Shown in pieces: positions 18,750 to 29,118 of a stretch of 64,000 bases of DNA. Position 1 is the first letter of the stretch, and each line of letters opens with the position of its first letter. The position numbers and the translations under genes are program-made. Source of the DNA: Candidatus Poribacteria bacterium. GTDB taxonomy: Bacteria; Poribacteria; WGA-4E; WGA-3G. The stretch is from positions 1,554,197-1,618,196 of the forward strand of contig OZ243938.1 in assembly GCA_965214095.1 (NCBI GenBank), read 5' to 3'. The notes beneath the pieces are model-generated. The model searched no databases. It saw only the letters and a program-made list of their open reading frames with translations, and was not told the origin of the DNA.

Positions 18750-18980
18750 TTAAGCAGATTTTCGTTCCTCAAAAAGTTCATGTCGCAGCAGCATGAGCTG
18801 CGATGCTTGCAACGTCTCTAAAGCATACGTCTGACCTTTAAGATCACAAAACACAACTTCAAATATGTCCGGTTCATATACCTCAACAATAGTACCAACT
18901 TGCCCACGGTATAATTTGAGTGTTGGCATGTCTTCTATGAGTGCAACCGTATCAAATAGTTTCATTAGTGAAGTGTCCAC
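18750..18980 (-). CDS. DUF4926-like small protein.
   Basis: The 76-aa protein LFDTVALIEDMP...RGQVGTIVEVYEPDIFEVVF matches the DUF4926 pattern as I recall it. Confidence 0.4.
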   Translation of the reverse strand: MDTSLMKLFDTVALIEDMPTLKLYRGQVGTIVEVYEPDIFEVVFCDLKGQTYALETLQASQLMLLRHELFEERKSA

Positions 18981-20259
18981 TCTTATTTGACAGGTAAATA
19001 TCGCGATTCGGAGATCGCTCCTACCGACTGACCACTCATTGTAGGAGGGAACTCCGATTCCCGATTTCTTTGGCGATCCACAATTTTAGAGTAGACAAAC
19101 CACTAGTTATTCCTTTAGTCAAGGATATAGCAAGTTACAAATCAATGTTAAGTATACCGATAGTATTAACCTGTATATTTCCGTGCAATGCTATGCATTT
19201 CACTTCTTATACGGTTTGCAAGTTGCTAAAAAAGCAACCAGGGGCTATCTCCCAAAGCACTTCTGAATTATCAGAAATGCACTTAATTGTTTGCGAATAT
19301 CCTGTTTTATCGTGGTTTTTGATAAATTAGGCTTGGTTATTGCCTAAAATACTGCAAACAATGTCTAAATACTGTAACATATATCAACCAATTTATCAAG
19401 AATATATAGAATTTTAGATACTTTTACTCAGCCTTATTCTCAACTTATATGCAAATCACACATCGCTTTTTATCGCTAAAATTATACCATTTCCAAATAA
19501 TAACTAATCATTACCAGGACGAGTGTTCGTAGTCGCGCAATTCATTGCGTCTAGGTGTGTAAAGTTTTTGGCATGAACTTCTTACCATCCATTGCATCTA
19601 ACAAGAAAAAACCCTTGAATTGACACCATCCATATTGTAGCACTGGGTCTCCGTGCTTCACAATGTTGACTTTATCAAAAAATAATAATCAGTTGAATTT
19701 GGTATGAGACATCCTACGCAGAATCAACTCCGAATTTAGGACAGTTCTAACAAAACCGACCCAGACCCCTCAGAATCGTAATTGGTAAAATTGGTAATTT
19801 TTCTTATAGACGAATCCAGTGATAGCCTACATAATGCAACTTTTAAAAATACCAATTGCCTTTGGATAGCATGGAGTTGTCCTCAGAGATCACAGCAAGC
19901 GATCCCAAAACAGGTGCTTGGCACAGTTGTGACAAACTGCAGAATTGGTATAAGAAAATACAATTCCAATCGATAACCGGTTGTTTGTTTGCGGGGTGGT
20001 CTGGTTGGTTCTGTGGGTTCTCTGTGGTGCGGGTATTCTCTTTGTACGGTGGCAGACAATCCGAGCGGCGCGTTGCGTTATCGCGTCGATTTATACTGGG
20101 TTGGTATACTGATGTTGTTCGGTTGGTGTGTTATTCTCACATGGATTATTTTTTTGTAAAAACGTGTATATTTCTTTGGATATTGAGTTGAGTGTCAAAA
20201 ACTTTATACACCCTTGCGTCTCTAATATTCTTTACATAAGTCTGTTAGAAATGGTATAA

Positions 20260-20457
20260 TTTCATTATAGTGTTGAGAAACATTTAGAGGCAATCATTAC
20301 TCAACGTCAAAATGCTTTAGAGAACTTTGACATATTTGTTACTGCGCCAGAAGGAAACCGAGTAGCACGTGATCAAGTATTAGTTGACGCAGACGCAGAA
20401 CTCCATTTCCTACCTGCTATTAGTGGTGGAGGACAAGGAGCTTCCTACCAATTCTAA
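20260..20457 (+). pseudogene. Start-less remnant of a second moaD/thiS-like gene. Its C-terminus, DADAELHFLPAISGG, is identical to that of 12939..13235.
   Basis: The open frame VEKHLEAIITQRQNALENFDIFVTAPEGNRVARDQVLVDADAELHFLPAISGGGQGASYQF-stop has no ATG, GTG or TTG start after the upstream TAA at 20257-20259. Confidence 0.35.
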
Positions 20458-20463
20458 GGACCA

Positions 20464-21255
20464 ATGAAACAAATGCAAAATCAAAAGATACCAGAAACTA
20501 AAGCACTGCACCCCATCCCTAATAGATTGGTTGTCCTCACCTTTGATGATGGCAACAAATCAGATTATACTTATGTTGCTCCTCTGTTAAAACGATACGG
20601 TTTTGGAGCGACTTTTTTCATTACAGAAGGACTCGGTTTTCTCAACAACAAAGATCATTATGTTACATGGGAAGAAATCCGTGAGTTGCACGATGAAGGT
20701 TTTGAAATCGGTAATCACACGCGCTATCATAAGCATGCCAACACACAATCGAAAGAGGAATTGCTGTCAGACTTGATACACATTGATGAACGGTGTGAAG
20801 AATACGGTATCCCTATTCCTGAGACCTTCGGCTATCCTGCGGATTGTCGTGGACCGGAAGCGATAGAAGCGTTGTTAGAAAAAGGGTATCGATTCGCACG
20901 ACGTGGCATTGGTCCAGATTTTCCATTTCATCCAGAGGGTGGACGTGGTCCTGCTTATGATCCGAATGTCCATCACCCGTTGGTCATCCCTTCAACAGGT
21001 GTCCCTGGTCCTAACTATAAATTTGATGATTTGGTTTGGGCAGTAGAACAAGCTAAGGATGGAAAAATCGCTGTCTTGACATTTCACGGTGTGCCTGCTC
21101 TTGAACACCCGTGGGTTGATACCCCACCTGAAGTGTTTGAGACCTACATGGATTATCTACGAGACAAAGAATGTACCGTTATTGCCTTGCGTGATTTAGC
21201 AAACTATATTGATCCAAGCAAATCAACTGGTAGAGACATTACATATTGGCCATAA
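20464..21255 (+). CDS. Polysaccharide deacetylase (NodB/CE4-like) family protein.
   Basis: It has the LVVLTFDDGNKSDY motif. 263 aa. Confidence 0.7.
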   Translation: MKQMQNQKIPETKALHPIPNRLVVLTFDDGNKSDYTYVAPLLKRYGFGATFFITEGLGFLNNKDHYVTWEEIRELHDEGFEIGNHTRYHKHANTQSKEELLSDLIHIDERCEEYGIPIPETFGYPADCRGPEAIEALLEKGYRFARRGIGPDFPFHPEGGRGPAYDPNVHHPLVIPSTGVPGPNYKFDDLVWAVEQAKDGKIAVLTFHGVPALEHPWVDTPPEVFETYMDYLRDKECTVIALRDLANYIDPSKSTGRDITYWP

Positions 21256-21467
21256 AGTGCTACATGTTGCGGTCAGTGTAGGGTCAGTCAATGACAGGAG
21301 TGTAATAACCAGTCCTAACTAAACTTCTGGGATCGAAATGGTTTTGGTTGACAGTCTATGGTAGGTGTGTTATTCTTTCCACAATTGATTCCGATGTGGT
21401 GCCGTTAGGAAATTTGCCACCGTATAAATCCCACTGTTTTATTCAAGACCTTAAAGGAGAAGTTATT

Positions 21468-22160
21468 ATGAAATCAAGAGAAATGAGATTCAGCGTCTTC
21501 ACACTCTTTTCATTTATTTTCATCTCAGTATATGCACCTCTTTGTGTTGGCGAGGTGTTGTTTGAGGATGACTTTGGGAAGAACAATATTGACAATGATA
21601 AATGGATACCAACAGGAAGTTGGTCCCTGGATGGTGGCACCCTTGACGTTAATGGCGGAGAAGTCGGAATTACTGTCAAAAAGGATTTCACAGACTTTGA
21701 TTTCATTGTTGACTTTAATATGGTCAGCCCGCTATGGGCAGCCAACTGGGTCGTGCGTGCGGAAGACCCAAACAATTGTACGCTGGTTCAAATCGTCGCA
21801 GATGATCGTAATCAATTTTGGTGGTTTACGAGAGTTGGTGGTAATTATATCGTTAATGATGAAGATAAGTTAGATAATGAATCAGGTGTACACGCTGAAC
21901 TTGGTAAATGGTATACGATAAAAATAGTTGCGGAAGGTGATCGTTACGACCTCTATCTCGGTGAGCGTGGAAAGAAACTTGAGTTATCGTGTACTTGGAT
22001 GGATAAAACCCATGACAAGGGTGCCATAGGTTTCAGAGCTGGTGGTGCTGAACATTGTCTGTATGATAATGTGTTAGTGACAACCGTAGGATACAGTCTT
22101 GCAGTGAACCCCGATGATGCTCTGCCAGTTACATGGGGCAAACTCAAGATGGGGAAATGA
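21468..22160 (+). CDS. Secreted DUF1080 (3-keto-disaccharide hydrolase/LamG-like) domain protein.
   Basis: A signal peptide follows the ATG at 21468 (AAAGGAGA RBS). The W..G.W..DGG...G pattern and the C-terminal block WYTIKIVAEGDRYDLYLGERG fit DUF1080. Confidence 0.55.
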   Translation: MKSREMRFSVFTLFSFIFISVYAPLCVGEVLFEDDFGKNNIDNDKWIPTGSWSLDGGTLDVNGGEVGITVKKDFTDFDFIVDFNMVSPLWAANWVVRAEDPNNCTLVQIVADDRNQFWWFTRVGGNYIVNDEDKLDNESGVHAELGKWYTIKIVAEGDRYDLYLGERGKKLELSCTWMDKTHDKGAIGFRAGGAEHCLYDNVLVTTVGYSLAVNPDDALPVTWGKLKMGK

Positions 22161-22180
22161 GTTCGGAAGGAACAATTCTA

Positions 22181-23071
22181 ATGCACGCCGAATTGCCATT
22201 TGTAGACTGCACAGACATGGTTGAAAGTCGGGATAGACTTCTTGAACACAGTCACCAGAATGGGTATCTCTTCTTTCCTGGACTACTCCCTGTAGAGTCA
22301 GTACTTGAGTTACGTCAACAGGTGCTCCGTGTAGCAGAGCAGCACGAACTCCTTGCACCGGACTCTGATCCAGATGCTGGTATCCGTCGGAAAGGTGTTT
22401 TCATTTGTGAACAGGATGGATCCGAGACCTTCAGGCGTTTCTACATTGATGTCCAGAAACTCCGACTTTTCCACGCGCTTCCACATCACGAGCGTATCCT
22501 AAGGGTCTTGGAAGTTCTGTTTGGAACAGACGTTTTCATCCATCCGCGCCACATCTGTCACGTCATCTTCCCAGGAGAACATCAGTATACCACACCGCCG
22601 CATCAGGACTTCAGTCCGGTTCGTGGCTCACAGGAAACTTGGACTGTGTGGACACCATTGGGAGACTGTGATGCAGCGTTGGGAGGTTTAGCAATTGCAC
22701 GTGGATCAAACCGTCGCGGGTTATTAGATGACGGTGGTGTCCGTTCGCGTGAGTTGATCGAAGACAGTACTGAATGGGCTTGGAACCCCTTCAAGTCCGG
22801 AGATGTCCTCATGTTTCATAGTTTAACGATTCACCAAGGTCGGCACAATATGACCGATGACCGTATACGGCTTGCAACAAGTGCACGCTACCAGTCGGTC
22901 AATGAACCCGTTGACGAGGATGCCCTCACCGTCCATCTGGGTTGTGCAAAATGGGAAGAAGTCTATTCCGAGTGGGAAGCAGACGATTCGCTGAAGTATT
23001 ACTGGAACGCTATTGATATGGATGTCCAGCCGGCTTACCATCGCCGCAGGAGAAAATCAAAAAATAGTTAG
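22181..23071 (+). CDS. Phytanoyl-CoA dioxygenase (PhyH)-family protein, the second copy in the window.
   Basis: PPHQDFSP (H-x-D) ... MFHSLTIHQGRHN ... R support this. GGAAGG lies 10 nt before the ATG at 22181. In-frame alternative starts exist at 22133 and 22157. Confidence 0.6.
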   Translation: MHAELPFVDCTDMVESRDRLLEHSHQNGYLFFPGLLPVESVLELRQQVLRVAEQHELLAPDSDPDAGIRRKGVFICEQDGSETFRRFYIDVQKLRLFHALPHHERILRVLEVLFGTDVFIHPRHICHVIFPGEHQYTTPPHQDFSPVRGSQETWTVWTPLGDCDAALGGLAIARGSNRRGLLDDGGVRSRELIEDSTEWAWNPFKSGDVLMFHSLTIHQGRHNMTDDRIRLATSARYQSVNEPVDEDALTVHLGCAKWEEVYSEWEADDSLKYYWNAIDMDVQPAYHRRRRKSKNS

Positions 23072-23078
23072 GTGTAAA

Positions 23079-23867
23079 ATGCAAAAAGAGAATCGCGGGT
23101 TATCTGGTGCTAAAGCACTGCGACCCATCCCCGATAAATTAGTTGTCCTCACCTTTGATGACGGCAACAAGTCAGATTATACTAATGTTGCTCCTCTGTT
23201 AAAACGATACGGTTTTGGAGCGACTTTTTTCATAACAGAAGGTCTCGGTTTTCTCAACAACAAAGATCACTATGTTACATGGGAAGAAATTCGTGAGTTA
23301 CACGATGAAGGTTTTGAGATAGGTAACCATACCCGTTATCATAATAACATCAACACACTATCACAGGAAGAGTTTTTGGAAGAATTGATCCACATTGACA
23401 ATCGGTGTGAGGCGCATGAAATCCCTATTCCTGAGACCTTTGCTTATCCTGGAGACAGTCGTGGTCCAGAAGCGATAGAAGTATTGAAAGAAAAAGGCTA
23501 TCCTTTCGCACGACGTGGTGTCGGACCAGATTTTCCCTATGACTTAGAAGGTGGACGCGGTCCTGCTTACGATCCGGATGTTCATCATCCGTTGGTTATT
23601 CCTTCAACAGGTGTCCCTGGTCCAAGCTATAAATTTGAGGACTTGGTTTGGGCAGTAGAACAAGCTAAGGATGGGAAAATCGCTGTCTTGACATTTCACG
23701 GTGTGCCTGCTCTTGAACACCCGTGGGTTGATACCCCACCTGAAGTGTTTGAGACCTACATGGATTATCTACGAGACAAAGAATGTACCGTTATTGCCTT
23801 GCGTGATTTGGCAAAATACGTTGATTCATCAAAAACAACAGGTAAAGACATAACATATTTTCCATAA
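23079..23867 (+). CDS. Polysaccharide deacetylase family protein. It is a paralog of 20464..21255 (about 85% nucleotide identity).
   Basis: It has LVVLTFDDGNKSDY. I chose the start by alignment with its paralog (MQKENRGLSGAKALRPIP...). AGGTG RBS. Confidence 0.7.
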   Translation: MQKENRGLSGAKALRPIPDKLVVLTFDDGNKSDYTNVAPLLKRYGFGATFFITEGLGFLNNKDHYVTWEEIRELHDEGFEIGNHTRYHNNINTLSQEEFLEELIHIDNRCEAHEIPIPETFAYPGDSRGPEAIEVLKEKGYPFARRGVGPDFPYDLEGGRGPAYDPDVHHPLVIPSTGVPGPSYKFEDLVWAVEQAKDGKIAVLTFHGVPALEHPWVDTPPEVFETYMDYLRDKECTVIALRDLAKYVDSSKTTGKDITYFP

Positions 23868-24042
23868 TAATACCCTGGTGGCACGATAGTAAAGAGTTGA
23901 TCGAAACTACAAAGTTTGATGTCTATGACAACATTATCACCAAAACCACTGAAACTATAGACGATTAAATACCATAAAATACCATTTAATTTGCCAAAAA
24001 GCATAATATTTTCAAAATATATGCTTTTTTTCTTATTTTAAT

Positions 24043-24071
24043 TTGACAAACGAATTTTAAGTGGGTATAAT
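24043..24071 (+). promoter_or_regulatory. Sigma-70-type promoter (TTGACA-17 nt-TATAAT) upstream of the 16S rRNA gene.
   Basis: TTGACA is at 24043-24048 and TATAAT at 24066-24071, about 130 bp upstream of the 16S 5' end. Confidence 0.6.
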
Positions 24072-24200
24072 ATATCTTACCTTTCAACAATTTGGAAGGT
24101 GAAGTAGTTCTTTGAAAGTTAAATAGTGAACGTGACGTGCCTATTAATAGCTTGTGAGTACGCTTCAATTATTTGATGATGTACTTCAAAACTTTTGTGG

Positions 24201-25752
<1,552 letters not shown>

Positions 25753-25864
25753 CAATTAACAAGGATATTCTCACACGATTTCCTTGTTCAAACGCTCTGA
25801 ATCTTACAAGGCACTTACGACTTCCTATTTAACTTTCAATTGACTCTTTTTCTACCTTCTCTAA

Positions 25865-25938
25865 GGGCTTATAGCTCAGAAGGTTAGAGCGCGCGCCTGA
25901 TAAGCGCGAGGTCCCTGGTTCGATTCCAGGTAAGCCCA
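25865..25938 (+). tRNA. tRNA-Ile (anticodon GAU) in the 16S downstream spacer.
   Basis: GGGCTTATAGCTCAG...CCTGATAAG...GGTTCGATTCC...TAAGCCCA has a 7-bp acceptor stem and a GAT anticodon. Confidence 0.9.
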
Positions 25939-26174
25939 TCTCTATTACCATATCAACCAATCATTTTCATCTGATAAACAGCCAACCCAAACTCATTAGA
26001 GAATAAATCCAAACACAGAATAAAGCGCAAAGTCTCTGTGTCCTCCAATTCTTTATTATTTACAAAACGATTTTCATGCTTTCTGTAACCTGATATACGT
26101 TTATTTCGTAATTTTGCCACCTGAATTGGTTTCTTATGTTTCGGTCTATTAGAGCACGGAGGAGGGTTTAGCCT

Positions 26175-26795
26175 ATGGCGCGCCAAGCGAAGAACAAACT
26201 ATCTGCTACCGAAGATACTTACTTAGCCACACAAGTCAAACAAGGGAATGAAGCAGCGTTTAGACAGTTGTTTGATAAACACTATGAGTGGGTCTATAGT
26301 AAGGCATATCGTATGCTAAAATACCACCATCAGGATGCAGAAGAGGTTAGTTTGGACGTATTTACTAAGGTCTGGGAAAAACTACAAGATAATAAATGGG
26401 ACCCAAAGAAAGGAAGTTTTTGGGCTTGGCTAAATAAACTCGCGTTTAATACAATTGTTGATGCAATACGAAAAAGAGAACGGATTCGTGAATCGGTCCA
26501 AACCTATGAAGAACAGAATAACTTGCCGTTGAACCAGTACGAGGATGATGCCCCCGGGCCAGACAAACATATTATCGCTCAGGAAGCACAAGAAATATTA
26601 GAAAAGGCTCTTGAACAGGTCACAAGACCTAACCACCGTATTGCTTGGATATTACGACATTTAGAAGGATGTAGTGTCGCAGAGATTTCCCATATACTTA
26701 ATACAAAAGAAGGTACTGTGAAAATCTGGATTCACAGATGCACAATAGAACTCAGACAGATAATGGTCAACAATGGAATTACATGGATACAATAG
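26175..26795 (+). CDS. ECF-type RNA polymerase sigma-70 family factor.
   Basis: Region 2 is FRQLFDKHYEWVYSKAYRML...DAEEVSLDVFTKVWEKL and region 4 is LEGCSVAEISHILNTKEGTVKIWIHRC. Confidence 0.8.
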   Translation: MARQAKNKLSATEDTYLATQVKQGNEAAFRQLFDKHYEWVYSKAYRMLKYHHQDAEEVSLDVFTKVWEKLQDNKWDPKKGSFWAWLNKLAFNTIVDAIRKRERIRESVQTYEEQNNLPLNQYEDDAPGPDKHIIAQEAQEILEKALEQVTRPNHRIAWILRHLEGCSVAEISHILNTKEGTVKIWIHRCTIELRQIMVNNGITWIQ

Positions 26796-26922
26796 TACTC
26801 TGTCCATTTTTTGTATTGTCCGTTGGGGAGAGAAACGACACCCGACTTTCTTTATGATAAGGGGCTGCATGTTGGGTGTCGTCCCTCTACCCCATTGAAC
26901 AACGTTATTGAAGGAGATAATC

Positions 26923-28983
26923 GTGCCAGACAAAACCACTTCAAACCTAATACTTAGACCACTTAACGACACAGATGTTACAACTTGGGAACTCCCCGAA
27001 GGTGCAATTACCCGATTGGGACGGGGTAGACTGGTGAATATATCATTTTCACCTGATGGGAAGTATCTTGCTGTAGCAACTCCTATCGGATGTTGGTTGT
27101 ATGACCTACCCACGCTTACCCCTCGCTCATTGATTGAAACGGAACGCGGAATGCTTACGAAAATTGCTTTTTCTCGTGATGGACGGTGGATTGCTACGGG
27201 CAACGCGGATGGTATCGTTAAGGTATGGGACACAGATACCTCACAGTGTCTTGCCAAAATAGATTACCACAAGATAATGGGAGGACCGTTGGGTTATTGT
27301 GATTTGAACTTTTCGGAGGATGGCAAATATCTTGCTGTGTCCAGCTCCAGTGGGTGTGCTGTCTTCACTTGGCACACAAATACTGATGAACCCATAGCAC
27401 AGTTCTCGATTGATGCAGCAGATACGAATGGAAAACGCGTTCCTATCTACTTATCTCCTAACAGGAATATGTTTGCATACGTATCTTCTGTGTCTCCCAT
27501 GACTACAATAATGATTAAAGATATTGACACCGGTGAACATATTACAGACTATAGTTGTCCAGCACTTTATGCATTCACAGGTCTTGTATTTTCACCGTGT
27601 GGTCAGTATCTTGCATCTGTACATCAGAACGGCAATGTGCAGGTGCGTAATATTGACAATGCCACATCGGAGATAGTACATACCTTATCAGATGCGACTT
27701 CTGTGAGACTTGCGTATACGTCTGTTGGTGCATTGCGTATTGCTGAAATTCATGAGGAAAAAGTTGTAATTTGGGATACGGAGCAGTTTCAGAAGGTAGG
27801 TACATTGGAATTTGAGAGACACGGAAGGAAAATATTTCGATTTTCGGACGATGGAACACATTTCGTAATCGCTAATTCACGCGAATTCCAAGTATGGAGG
27901 GATGGCGGATTGATTAAAGTTGTGTCTATGTCTGCTGCACATATAGGTATTATTAGATGGGTACGTTTTTCTCAACAGAAAAAGACACTAATTAGTGGAC
28001 ACGGACCAAGTAATATGTTCTGGTCTTTAGAGGATCACCAGTTACAACATATCTTCTATCCCAAAACAGAGGGTTACTTTTTGGGAAGAAGTAGCGTCTT
28101 ATCACCTTGTGAAGAATCTCTTGCTACCCCTATTTTAGGTATCCGCAATAGCAACGACATCGCTATTACAATTTGGCATATTACATCTGGCACCTTAATT
28201 GCTGAGATGACTGGACATGAAAGACATGTCGTCCAGATGGCGTATTCACCGTCTGGAGACTTTTTAGTTAGTGCATCGTCACTTGGTGAGCTCATTGTAT
28301 GGGACACGCAGTTTTGGGAAAAGCGTCACGAACTTATAGGACATACTAAAGATATTACGAGTGTCTTTTTTCACCCTGATGGGAAGCAGCTTGTCACCGC
28401 GTCCAATGACAGGACTGCACGAGTCTGGAATGTTGAGAATGGTGAACAGGTCGGTTCACTTCCTTTAGACACAATCATAAAAGATATATCCCTTTATAGA
28501 GGTGGATCCCAAGAAATCCAGGCGTTAATAAAATGGAAACAGCAATTGGAGTCTGAGCAGTCAACTGATCAAACCATTTGTTCTGATATCCGGTTTTCTC
28601 CGTGCGGTACACTCATCGCCGGTAGGTTATATCGGCGCGGTAAATGGAAGAAGAAAATGGCAAATGAGATTAGACTTTGGGATGCAGCAACCTTAGAAAT
28701 ACGAATGACGATACTGCTCCCTGCAGATGATTCCCTTACACGTGCGCTTACATTTTCACCATGCAGCCGCTACCTTGCCTCTGGAACGTGGTGGAAAAAA
28801 GGTTTAGAGAAGATGCGAATAAGGTTATGGGAGGTTGCGAGTGGGGAAAATATTGCTACCTTCTGGGGACATCCAACAGATATTCATGACCTGGCATTTT
28901 CACCTGATGGTTCGCTTCTCGCAAGTGGTAGTTATGATGGGACTATCCTCTTGTGGGACATGAAACCTTTTATTAACTCTTAG
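26923..28983 (+). CDS. WD40 beta-propeller repeat protein, array member W1.
   Basis: The start is a GTG 7 nt after AAGGAG. It has the N-terminal LNDTDVTTWELPEGAITRLGRG module, multiple FSPDG/FSPCG...LASG..DG.I.LWD blades, and the C-terminus ILLWDMKPFINS. Confidence 0.8.
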   Translation: MPDKTTSNLILRPLNDTDVTTWELPEGAITRLGRGRLVNISFSPDGKYLAVATPIGCWLYDLPTLTPRSLIETERGMLTKIAFSRDGRWIATGNADGIVKVWDTDTSQCLAKIDYHKIMGGPLGYCDLNFSEDGKYLAVSSSSGCAVFTWHTNTDEPIAQFSIDAADTNGKRVPIYLSPNRNMFAYVSSVSPMTTIMIKDIDTGEHITDYSCPALYAFTGLVFSPCGQYLASVHQNGNVQVRNIDNATSEIVHTLSDATSVRLAYTSVGALRIAEIHEEKVVIWDTEQFQKVGTLEFERHGRKIFRFSDDGTHFVIANSREFQVWRDGGLIKVVSMSAAHIGIIRWVRFSQQKKTLISGHGPSNMFWSLEDHQLQHIFYPKTEGYFLGRSSVLSPCEESLATPILGIRNSNDIAITIWHITSGTLIAEMTGHERHVVQMAYSPSGDFLVSASSLGELIVWDTQFWEKRHELIGHTKDITSVFFHPDGKQLVTASNDRTARVWNVENGEQVGSLPLDTIIKDISLYRGGSQEIQALIKWKQQLESEQSTDQTICSDIRFSPCGTLIAGRLYRRGKWKKKMANEIRLWDAATLEIRMTILLPADDSLTRALTFSPCSRYLASGTWWKKGLEKMRIRLWEVASGENIATFWGHPTDIHDLAFSPDGSLLASGSYDGTILLWDMKPFINS

Positions 28984-29118
28984 ACATTCCTTATCAATTC
29001 ATTTATAGCATTGCGATACCTGTTGCATTACACAACTCTGTCAGTCAATTTTACATAATATATCAGAGCATGAAGTTACCGAGTCTTGCATCTCATATAC
29101 CAATAAAGGAGATAATTT

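Noticed and set aside
19070-20191. ORFs 19070..19330 and 19856..20191 in the 1.5-kb gap.
   Set aside because: They have no RBS, their composition is low-complexity or skewed, and I recognised no homology. They are probably spurious. The region is reported instead as a possible non-coding or remnant segment.
21348-21467. The extended N-terminus of the DUF1080 ORF that starts at 21348.
   Set aside because: The upstream extension has no RBS and precedes a clear AAAGGAGA-ATG start at 21468, which is followed by a typical signal peptide.
25939-26174. tRNA-Ala or the 23S rRNA start, which would be expected after tRNA-Ile.
   Set aside because: There is no cloverleaf-compatible sequence, no GGGGATGTAGCTCAG-type tRNA-Ala start, and no 23S 5' consensus. 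A protein-coding gene with an RBS begins at 26175.
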